NCBI GenBank assembly: GCA_964449245.1
Contig: CAYUXY010000002.1
Span: 39,463 to 103,462, forward strand
Reading direction: 5' to 3'
Origin: an uncultured Candidatus Saccharibacteria bacterium
GTDB lineage: Bacteria; Patescibacteriota; Minisyncoccia; UBA6257; GWB1-50-10
DNA length: 64,000 nt
Part shown: positions 49,747 to 57,216 of the stretch, piece after piece
How the letters are laid out: every line of letters begins with the position of its first letter
How positions within the stretch are numbered: the stretch's first letter is position 1
Notes under the pieces: model-generated
Seen by the model: the letters and a program-made list of their open reading frames with translations, nothing else
Databases searched by the model: none
What the model was told of the DNA's origin: nothing
Program-made: the position numbers and the translations under genes

Positions 49747-51450
49747 TTACGCCACTTCCGCTTGATAACATTCTTTGCAATAAATAATCGGAGCATTTTT
49801 CTCTAAAAATGTAGTCCTAAACGAAACTCCACACTTGGAACATTCGCGCTCTATTGTTTTGCAATAATTGATATTTTCAATCCACCTGTTTACCTTTTTC
49901 ATAATCCTACACATAGGACACTCCCGCGGAAGAGGCAAGTTCATTCTTTTTAAAAACTGAAATTCCATACCTATTATGCGAAATCCATTACCGCAGGCGG
50001 AACATTTAATAACTTCGTTTAAGATTGATTCGTCCGCGTCTTTTATATTATCAGGCAATTCATCGAAATTTTTAGTTATCTCGTGCTCTTTTTGCGGTCT
50101 GTCTATCCACCGCAATCCTTCATTTTCCGACTGCTCTCTTGTCTTCGGAAAAAATAAACTCCCAAAAGAATCGTTGTATGGAACGTCGGATAATTCCATA
50201 GGGAAAAATTCGCCGTATTTATAAATATTTCCCTTTTTATCCGTATATGGCATTTCGTCCATATGTTTTATTATTTTTTCGCGAAGAGAATTGAATTCGT
50301 CCTCTGAATATCTTTTGTTCAATATGCAATACTCTCCTTTGTTTACCGATACGCAACCAAAATGATTTTTGCCTCCATTAGACAATCTCGAATATTCGGC
50401 ATCGGATTGACCTAATCCGCTTTCCCAGCAAAATTTTATTCCAGAAATGTTTTCTCCAACGTTTACGGAATCATAAGAACGGCTCATATTATTTCCCCAG
50501 CTTGAAATGTCGTATGATTCGCTTGACGGATTATCATTTACCAAAAACAAGAATTTTGAATCCTGCGAAAAACTCGTTTCGAAGCCTTCCATCACATTTT
50601 TCGAATTGAAAATATAATTTCCGGTTGAATTAACGCAAAATCTGTCATAAAGCCCTTTATACGGGTATTTTTTATTGTTTTCTTCGGCTTGTTTTTTAAC
50701 AGCTATATATTGAGAATATGAACCTAAATCAATTTCCGATAGCTTTCTAAAATATTCTTCTTTTGATAATTGTTCATTAAAGAAGACGTACTTTTTGTTT
50801 TTTATATTTGCAGAAGCAAAACAATTTTGGCACCCAACCGCATCGCGGGTAAACAGGCATTCCATAGATTCTGTAGTGTGATCAACGCCAATACATTTAT
50901 TGTCTTGAAAACTGTGTATTGAATCGAAACACAGCTCCGAATCTGAGGTTATGGAACAATCAAAAACCTCTTTATTGTCAAAATGGTGAAAGCCATAAGC
51001 GCAATTTTCATCCCTGTCGCTATGAAAAATAAGATACGAATTTTTCTGATTCCCTACGTGGTTCGTATATGGAGAGGTGGCAATGGACGCGATGTCTGTA
51101 GAAAGCGCGGACAAGGGAGCCTCGTGCAACAACTCATTAAATTGTTCGAAAAACGGGCGCGAAAAATCATAGTCTCTTCCGTAATCATACGGGCTCCAAT
51201 TATCGCTCCACCAACATTTTGCGCAATAAACTACGTATTTTGCGTCAGGCGGATATCGCGAAACAACACTTTTTTTGCATAAATCGCAGTCTCGTTTATA
51301 AAGACGAAATGTGTTTAAAAAAGCCAATCTCCGCTCTAATCTGCACATCGGGCAAAACGTCGGTGGAGGAACGTCAATCTTCTGATAAAAAGCTTCATCG
51401 TCAGGCGTGATTTCAAAATCTGTTTTACAATTTTGGCACGGCTTATTCAT
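49747..51450 (-). CDS. cysteine-rich protein with terminal zinc-ribbon-like modules and internal repeats (paralog 1), unknown function
   Basis: 567 aa. N-terminal CQNCKTDFEITPDDEAFYQKIDVPPPTFCPMCRLERRL. The C-terminus repeats this CxxC ... CPxCR module. Internal GCxxxxNKxYCIxNxxYSxEEY repeats. Confidence 0.7.
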   Translation of the reverse strand: MNKPCQNCKTDFEITPDDEAFYQKIDVPPPTFCPMCRLERRLAFLNTFRLYKRDCDLCKKSVVSRYPPDAKYVVYCAKCWWSDNWSPYDYGRDYDFSRPFFEQFNELLHEAPLSALSTDIASIATSPYTNHVGNQKNSYLIFHSDRDENCAYGFHHFDNKEVFDCSITSDSELCFDSIHSFQDNKCIGVDHTTESMECLFTRDAVGCQNCFASANIKNKKYVFFNEQLSKEEYFRKLSEIDLGSYSQYIAVKKQAEENNKKYPYKGLYDRFCVNSTGNYIFNSKNVMEGFETSFSQDSKFLFLVNDNPSSESYDISSWGNNMSRSYDSVNVGENISGIKFCWESGLGQSDAEYSRLSNGGKNHFGCVSVNKGEYCILNKRYSEDEFNSLREKIIKHMDEMPYTDKKGNIYKYGEFFPMELSDVPYNDSFGSLFFPKTREQSENEGLRWIDRPQKEHEITKNFDELPDNIKDADESILNEVIKCSACGNGFRIIGMEFQFLKRMNLPLPRECPMCRIMKKVNRWIENINYCKTIERECSKCGVSFRTTFLEKNAPIIYCKECYQAEVA

Positions 51451-51504
51451 AATTTCTAATTACTTAATTTCGAATTTCGATTGAATGAATCAATGATTGA
51501 ATGG
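51451..51504. repeat. repeat module A (reverse orientation) directly abutting the ATG of the Cys-rich gene
   Basis: aatttctaattacttaatttcgaatttcgattgaatgaatcaatgattgaatgg. A similar copy lies at 53321..53378. Confidence 0.75.
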
Positions 51505-51598
51505 AAAAAGTATAAAGTTGTAAGACAAAAGATGAAAGTAAGAATGCAACTATTTTTCTCTGTTTTTTTTCTTTTAACTTTAAACTTTCGTCTTTTGT

Positions 51599-53320
51599 CT
51601 AACTGATTTCATTTTGGTAACACTGTTCACAATATATGACTTCCGGTCTCTCTGGAGCGTAGGATGTCATTATTTCCGCACTACATTTTGCGCAATTACG
51701 TTTCCACAATTTAAGAGGATTCCTTTGCATCAAACGCGAAAAATAACGGCAATTAGAGCACTTTCTCGGAAGCGGGATATTCATTCTTCTGTAAAATTGG
51801 AGTTCCTGCGGGACGATTCTGAAAGCCTTTGTGCAATTGCATCGTTCTTTCATATTTGGATTATCTTTATCATCCCACGTTTCGCACTGTATTATTTCTT
51901 TCAAAATATCATCGGTTACTGTGGAAATTTCTTCCGGTAAATCTTCCCACGATTTAGTCGGAACATAATCCTTATCCTTAATTTCTTTCCAAACATATCC
52001 CCGCTTTAATGCTTCGTCTTTTGAAAGATAAAAATAGTCCTGCGCCGCGCTTATGTTATACGGCAAAAATGATGCTTCCGGTGGGAAAAACTCGCCGAAT
52101 TTATATGTTTTTCCAAAACTCAAAAACGGCATATCGTCCATATGTTTTCTTATTTCCGGCAATAATTTTTCATACTCTTCTTTTGAATACTGTTTGTTCA
52201 AAATGCAGTATTGTTTATTCTTAAGCCCCACACATCCGAAAAGATACGAGGACGAATAACAATTATCACAATACGTTAAATCGTGGCACGATTCCCACGA
52301 TTCGTTAACGAATCTGATATTTGAGAGATTATATCCGCAATTCGCGGTTTCATACACAAGCTCCGCATTTCTTCCCCAGTACGAATAATCCATACAATCT
52401 TTACCCTCAATAATGGACAACAAATTCTTTCCATGCTCAACATCTCGTAATTGATAGGAATTGGACACATCATTGCAATTTGTAAGCCAATTTCCCGAGG
52501 AATTCGTGCAATTTATAGCAACCGTTGATCTGCGCGGATAATTCATTGCAAATTTTTTAAAACGTGCGCGCATCTTTTCAACACCCATTGCCGTATTGAG
52601 ATGAAAATCACGCAGTTTTATTTCATAATCCTCTTTGGAATATTGTTCATTGAATATACAATATTGCTTATTTAAAAGACTGGCGCATCCGATACAATTC
52701 GAGCAATTTCTGCAATCAAATAGAAAAAATGAATCCCTGCACTGCCTGCATTCCTGCAGATATTTGGACCCATAGCATTCGAACGCGTCTATACTGCCAA
52801 ACACGAGTTCGGATTGATGAACATTGAAGCAATCCATACAATCTCTTGATTCCCAAAGATTGTACGAGTAGCTCGAATTTTCATTATAATTCGCCCTGAT
52901 TATGAGGTAGCAACCTTTGTTATAACTCGCGCGGTTGCAAAATTCATTTCCTGCCTGATCGCCCTGAATCGTTCTCTCCGCTCTCGGAACACGAGCCTTC
53001 AATTCCCTAAACTGCTGGAAAAACGGTTTTGAAAAATCATAATCTTTTCCATATGAAATCGGATCCCAATTGTCGCTTCTGTAGCAATCCAAACAATAAA
53101 CCGGATACTCTGAGCCGGTGTCGTGCGTAGAAATTATTTTCTTTCCGCAAAGTGAACAAGTATTGCCGTATAAATATCTCTCCGCGCAAAAAGAAAGCCT
53201 CCGCTCAAATCTGCACGTCGGGCAAAATGTCGGCGGAGGAACATCAATCTTCTGATAAAAAGACTCATCATCGGGAGTGATTTCAAAATCAGCATTACAG
53301 TTCTGACACAGCTTATTCAT
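51599..53320 (-). CDS. cysteine-rich protein, tandem paralog 2 of the 49747..51450 gene
   Basis: 573 aa. About 60% identical in the N-terminal 100 aa (MNKLCQNCNADFEITPDDESFYQKIDVPPPTFCPTCRFERRL). Same internal repeats. Confidence 0.7.
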   Translation of the reverse strand: MNKLCQNCNADFEITPDDESFYQKIDVPPPTFCPTCRFERRLSFCAERYLYGNTCSLCGKKIISTHDTGSEYPVYCLDCYRSDNWDPISYGKDYDFSKPFFQQFRELKARVPRAERTIQGDQAGNEFCNRASYNKGCYLIIRANYNENSSYSYNLWESRDCMDCFNVHQSELVFGSIDAFECYGSKYLQECRQCRDSFFLFDCRNCSNCIGCASLLNKQYCIFNEQYSKEDYEIKLRDFHLNTAMGVEKMRARFKKFAMNYPRRSTVAINCTNSSGNWLTNCNDVSNSYQLRDVEHGKNLLSIIEGKDCMDYSYWGRNAELVYETANCGYNLSNIRFVNESWESCHDLTYCDNCYSSSYLFGCVGLKNKQYCILNKQYSKEEYEKLLPEIRKHMDDMPFLSFGKTYKFGEFFPPEASFLPYNISAAQDYFYLSKDEALKRGYVWKEIKDKDYVPTKSWEDLPEEISTVTDDILKEIIQCETWDDKDNPNMKERCNCTKAFRIVPQELQFYRRMNIPLPRKCSNCRYFSRLMQRNPLKLWKRNCAKCSAEIMTSYAPERPEVIYCEQCYQNEIS

Positions 53321-53564
53321 AATTTCTAATTATCTAATTTTGAATTTCGATTGAATGTATCAATGATTGAATGTCTGAATGCATTCTTCTGTGCCTATAT
53401 ACTATATACGATATTCTATATACCTTCTTACCTATTCCCCTATCTCTTCTTCAACGAAACCTTGCGCCCCTCTTTCTTTCTGTGCTTCTTTTTGGCTATT
53501 TTTTGTGTTTTATTCATATTCGATTATATTTTGATAATATCACTCATTTACGGGTTTTTCCACT

Positions 53565-54755
53565 CTAAAAATCCCCTACACATATATCGCATGAACCGCA
53601 GTTTTCTTTTGAATATTCCTCACCGAAATAAGCGAGAAGCATTTTTCTACGGCATTGTCCCGACGTGCAAAAATCAACCATTTTATCAAGCTGATAAGAC
53701 GCGATTGCCGCCCAATCGAAATTTTTGCTCTGCCCTATGAAAAACTCGTGCTTCATTTTGTCGCTATAGCTAAAAAATAAAATGCAGTCTGAAGGCAATC
53801 CGTCTCTTCCTGCGCGTCCGGTCTCCTGATAATACCCTTCTATGTTTTTGGGTAAATCGTGATGAATAACAAATCTGACGTTCTGCTTGTCTATCCCCAT
53901 TCCGAACGCAATTGTCGCAACAATGACTCTTGCTCCGCCACGCTGGAATTGCTCCTGATTTTCCGCCCTTTCTTTTTGCGGGAGCCCTGCGTGGTATGCG
54001 ACGGCGTCAATTCCATCGGAAATTAAATCCGCAACCATTTTATCCGTCGCCTTTCTGCTATGGCAATAGACAATCCCTGCATAATTCGGATGGTCTTCAA
54101 GATACGCGAGAATCTGATAATAAGTGTTTTGTTTCGGCCTGATGATATAGCTAAGGTTTTTTCTGTCAAAACTTCCACTATGTTCCGCGCACTGACTAAA
54201 ATGAAGCTGTTTCTTTATATCTTCACGGACTTTGCGCGTTGCCGTTGCGGTAAGCGCGATAAACGGCGTTTGTTTGAACGTTTCGCGAAGCGCGCCTATC
54301 TTTCTATATTCCGGTCTGAAATCGTGCCCCCACTCCGAAATACAATGAGCTTCGTCAACAGCGACGAACGATAATCCTATGTCTGACAAAAAATCAGTAA
54401 ATCCTTCCTGCGAAAGTCTTTCGGGAGCGACATACAAAAGCTTTACCCTTCCATCAAGCACTTTCTGTTTCACTTCCCGTGATTCTTTTACTCCCTGACT
54501 ACTGTTTAAATATTCCGCCGAGATGTCTTTTCTCGTAAGAGATTCCACCTGATCTTTCATAAGCGCGATTAAAGGAGAAATAACGAGCGCCGTTCCGGGG
54601 AGTTCAAGCGCCGGAAGCTGATAGCAAAGGGATTTTCCCGCGCCCGTCGGAAGTACGACGAGCACGTCTTTCTTTTGTAAAACGTCGGCAATAATATCTT
54701 CCTGAAAAGGAAGGAAGTCATCGAAACCGAAATGTTTTTTAAGGATTCTTTTCAT
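53565..54755 (-). CDS. recQ: ATP-dependent DNA helicase, short RecQ family
   Basis: Motifs I-VI (LPTGAGKS, VDEAHC, TATAT) and the RecQ zinc-binding CxxC cluster CGSCDIC. 396 aa with no HRDC domain. Confidence 0.85.
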   Translation of the reverse strand: MKRILKKHFGFDDFLPFQEDIIADVLQKKDVLVVLPTGAGKSLCYQLPALELPGTALVISPLIALMKDQVESLTRKDISAEYLNSSQGVKESREVKQKVLDGRVKLLYVAPERLSQEGFTDFLSDIGLSFVAVDEAHCISEWGHDFRPEYRKIGALRETFKQTPFIALTATATRKVREDIKKQLHFSQCAEHSGSFDRKNLSYIIRPKQNTYYQILAYLEDHPNYAGIVYCHSRKATDKMVADLISDGIDAVAYHAGLPQKERAENQEQFQRGGARVIVATIAFGMGIDKQNVRFVIHHDLPKNIEGYYQETGRAGRDGLPSDCILFFSYSDKMKHEFFIGQSKNFDWAAIASYQLDKMVDFCTSGQCRRKMLLAYFGEEYSKENCGSCDICVGDF

Positions 54756-54760
54756 AAAAT

Positions 54761-55741
54761 TTATATGTATTTTTCAGTCTTTAATATTTCTCTCATTTCT
54801 TTAACGCTATTTGCTCCCATAAGCGAGACCCGCAACTCTTTCGCGCCGTCGAATCCCGACACATACGCCTTAATGTGCTTTTTCATAATATCAAAATTTT
54901 TAGTGACGCGAGAACGATCTATATACGAGTTTCCGAAATATTTTTCGAAAAGCTTCGCGTGCTCTATAAGCATCCCGAGCTTTTCTTTTGCTGAAATATT
55001 TTTCGTTCGCGCATTAAATATAGACGGGTTACCTAACGCGCCCCTCCCAATCATAACACCATCCGCTCCGGTTTGTTTCGCGAAGCACATGCCTTCCGCA
55101 CGCGTCGTAACATCCCCGTTTCCTATTATAAGCGTGTCGGACTTCAAATCGTTTCTAATTTCTACCGCGCGTTTTACCCTCTCCCACCTTGCGGGCACTT
55201 TAGACATCTCATTCATCGTGCGCGCATGAAGCGTAACGACTGCGGGGCATACGGAAAGAAGCTCCGGAAGCCATTCGTCAAGCGTGTCGCGCGAATACCC
55301 GAGACGCGTCTTTACGGACACCGGCATTTTCCCCGCGCCTTCTTTAGTAGCCAATATTATTTCTTTCGCAAGATCCGGATTTTTAATAAGTGCCGACCCC
55401 GCGCCCTGTTTTAAAACCGCTTTGTCGGGACACCCCATATTTATATCTATTCCGTCAAATCCAAGCTCGGATATGATATGCGCAGCGCGCGTAAAATGTT
55501 TCGGCACTGCGCCGAAAACTTGCGCGACTATCGGGCGCTCACGTCGTGTGAATTTTAGAAGCGGGATAAGTTTCTCCTTCCCGCGCGAAACGAGCCCGTC
55601 AACTGAAACGAACTCTGTCCAAAAAACATCGGGCTTTCCGTATAGCGCGAGTATCTCACGAAACGCAATGTCTGTTACGTCGAGCATCGGCGCGATAGCA
55701 AAAAAAGGTTTTTTAAGTTTTTTCCAGAATCCCATTTCCAT
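54761..55741 (-). CDS. dus: tRNA-dihydrouridine synthase
   Basis: IAPMLDVTD N-terminus and the Dus TIM-barrel FMN-binding pattern. 326 aa. Confidence 0.85.
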   Translation of the reverse strand: MEMGFWKKLKKPFFAIAPMLDVTDIAFREILALYGKPDVFWTEFVSVDGLVSRGKEKLIPLLKFTRRERPIVAQVFGAVPKHFTRAAHIISELGFDGIDINMGCPDKAVLKQGAGSALIKNPDLAKEIILATKEGAGKMPVSVKTRLGYSRDTLDEWLPELLSVCPAVVTLHARTMNEMSKVPARWERVKRAVEIRNDLKSDTLIIGNGDVTTRAEGMCFAKQTGADGVMIGRGALGNPSIFNARTKNISAKEKLGMLIEHAKLFEKYFGNSYIDRSRVTKNFDIMKKHIKAYVSGFDGAKELRVSLMGANSVKEMREILKTEKYI

Positions 55742-55834
55742 AGCCTCTCCAATTGTACCTTTCGCACCCTATTTTTGTCCAAAATACGGTGAAAATGCGA
55801 ATAAAGGCACACTTCTATATTATCATATTGCAGG

Positions 55835-55863
55835 TTGACAGAGAGAGAGTTTTGTAGTAGAAT
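55835..55863 (+). promoter_or_regulatory. consensus sigma70 promoter TTGACA-N17-TAGAAT (copy 1 of a duplicated 47-bp cassette)
   Basis: gttgacagagagagagttttgtagtagaataaaagatagaaaataatt. An AAGGAG SD follows 8 nt before the ATG at 55908. Confidence 0.6.
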
Positions 55864-55907
55864 AAAAGATAGAAAATAATTAAAAAATTCATAAAGGAGT
55901 GTGCGTC

Positions 55908-56276
55908 ATGAAAAAATATGCGTACTTAATATTAATCGCCGCCTCAGGGTGGTTGGCCTTTTATAAAGTTGTTTCGACATATTGGCCATATTCTGGTGGT
56001 GAACCGCAGTACAACTGGGTAATCATTGGCATTTTTATTGCAAATAAAATGCTCCCATTGTTAATAGTAATGACCTCTATTTTTGAGGTGGGTAAGCCCA
56101 GCATCGCTGGAATCTCATCGAGATTTTTCATAGCATACGTCTACACAATGTCATTGGGAATCCCAACAAAAGGAGCAATAATGTCATCCGTGGTGATCAC
56201 AATATTTAGCTTCTTAATAAGCTTTGTAATTGCAAAAAAACAAAGGGTATTTAAAAATATTAAGTGGCCAAATTAA
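55908..56276 (+). CDS. small integral membrane protein (hypothetical)
   Basis: About 122 aa with 4 TM helices and a strong SD. ATG chosen instead of the upstream GTG in the tracked ORF. Confidence 0.55.
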   Translation: MKKYAYLILIAASGWLAFYKVVSTYWPYSGGEPQYNWVIIGIFIANKMLPLLIVMTSIFEVGKPSIAGISSRFFIAYVYTMSLGIPTKGAIMSSVVITIFSFLISFVIAKKQRVFKNIKWPN

Positions 56277-56277
56277 A

Positions 56278-56331
56278 TTTTGCCCCATTCCGACTATCGG
56301 ACTTGGGGCAAATTGTTTTTTAAATATACCC
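56278..56331 (+). terminator. rho-independent terminator
   Basis: ttgcccca-(palindromic loop)-tggggcaa followed by ttgtttttt. Confidence 0.6.
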
Positions 56332-56478
56332 TCGCCATATTTTTTGCACCCATCTCCCCGTCTATTATCGGCTTAATCCATCTGTATTTCTCCTCTTTTG
56401 TTGATTTGGGCATAGTTTGCATATGTCCTTAGACTATCTCTAAAAGTGCAATATGTGTGTGGACATTACCCGAGGGAG

Positions 56479-56507
56479 TTGACAGAGAGAGCGTTTTGTA
56501 GTAGAAT
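56479..56507 (+). promoter_or_regulatory. consensus sigma70 promoter TTGACA-N17-TAGAAT (copy 2 of the duplicated cassette)
   Basis: gttgacagagagagcgttttgtagtagaataaaagatagaaaataatt. An AAGGAGG SD lies 7 nt before the ATG at 56571. Confidence 0.6.
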
Positions 56508-56570
56508 AAAAGATAGAAAATAATTGTAATTTTAATAATACATCTAATTAGTTAGAAAGGAGGAATTGTC

Positions 56571-57158
56571 ATGAAAAAAATGATAATTCTTTTGTTTTTG
56601 TGCCTTGTTTCAACATCGTCATTAATGAGCCAGATTATCCCTCATGGGTTCGTAAGAACGGGATACAATGAAATCGCCATGAATTTTTACGGCGATGGAA
56701 TTGTTCGAACTCCGCTCGTAACTATGGTAGGAGTTGAATCTCACGCCATAGCATTCGGGAAAATGGACTCTTCTATTGCTATCGCGGCAGCAGGAATATC
56801 AATTTACAAAAATGTCTTTCGGATAGACATGCTTGCGGGCGAAAATTGGGGTAATTCCCATTTAATAGGCGCGCGCGTGTGGATTGGTAGTGAAGGAATC
56901 GTAAATCTGATGGGTGAATATTTTCACAATACAAACCGTGAACTATCCTCCCTTGATTATTGGAGGTGTTCGATAACCGTCCCCGTCAGCTCTTGGGCTG
57001 AGATGGGAGGAGAAATATCCAAGGTTCCATTCTCTGATGACGTATTTCAGGAAAAAAACGAACTTCATGGGGTGATTAACATAATTCCCCCTATTCCAGT
57101 TTCCATCGGCGTAGCTATAGGACGAAAATCGAGAGTTGAAGCTGTTCTTTATTTCTAA
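56571..57158 (+). CDS. secreted protein with signal peptide and OMP-like C-terminal beta-strand ending in Phe (hypothetical)
   Basis: MKKMIILLFLCLVSTSSLMSQ signal. Alternating hydrophobic pattern. C-terminal ...RVEAVLYF. Confidence 0.55.
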   Translation: MKKMIILLFLCLVSTSSLMSQIIPHGFVRTGYNEIAMNFYGDGIVRTPLVTMVGVESHAIAFGKMDSSIAIAAAGISIYKNVFRIDMLAGENWGNSHLIGARVWIGSEGIVNLMGEYFHNTNRELSSLDYWRCSITVPVSSWAEMGGEISKVPFSDDVFQEKNELHGVINIIPPIPVSIGVAIGRKSRVEAVLYF

Positions 57159-57164
57159 CATACC

Positions 57165-57187
57165 TAAGCGGGCCCAAAGCCCGCTTA
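57165..57187. terminator. putative bidirectional terminator hairpin
   Basis: aagcgggc-ccaaa-gcccgctt between convergent genes. The U-tracts are weak. Confidence 0.35.
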
Positions 57188-57216
57188 AAACATATCCTGA
57201 TGGAATTTTTTTTCAA

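Noticed and set aside
53351-53740. 129-aa and 65-aa plus-strand ORFs
   Set aside because: They span the intergenic repeat block and the 3' end of recQ on the opposite strand. The translation is low-complexity and Phe/Leu/Ile-rich, consistent with an AT-rich non-coding artefact.
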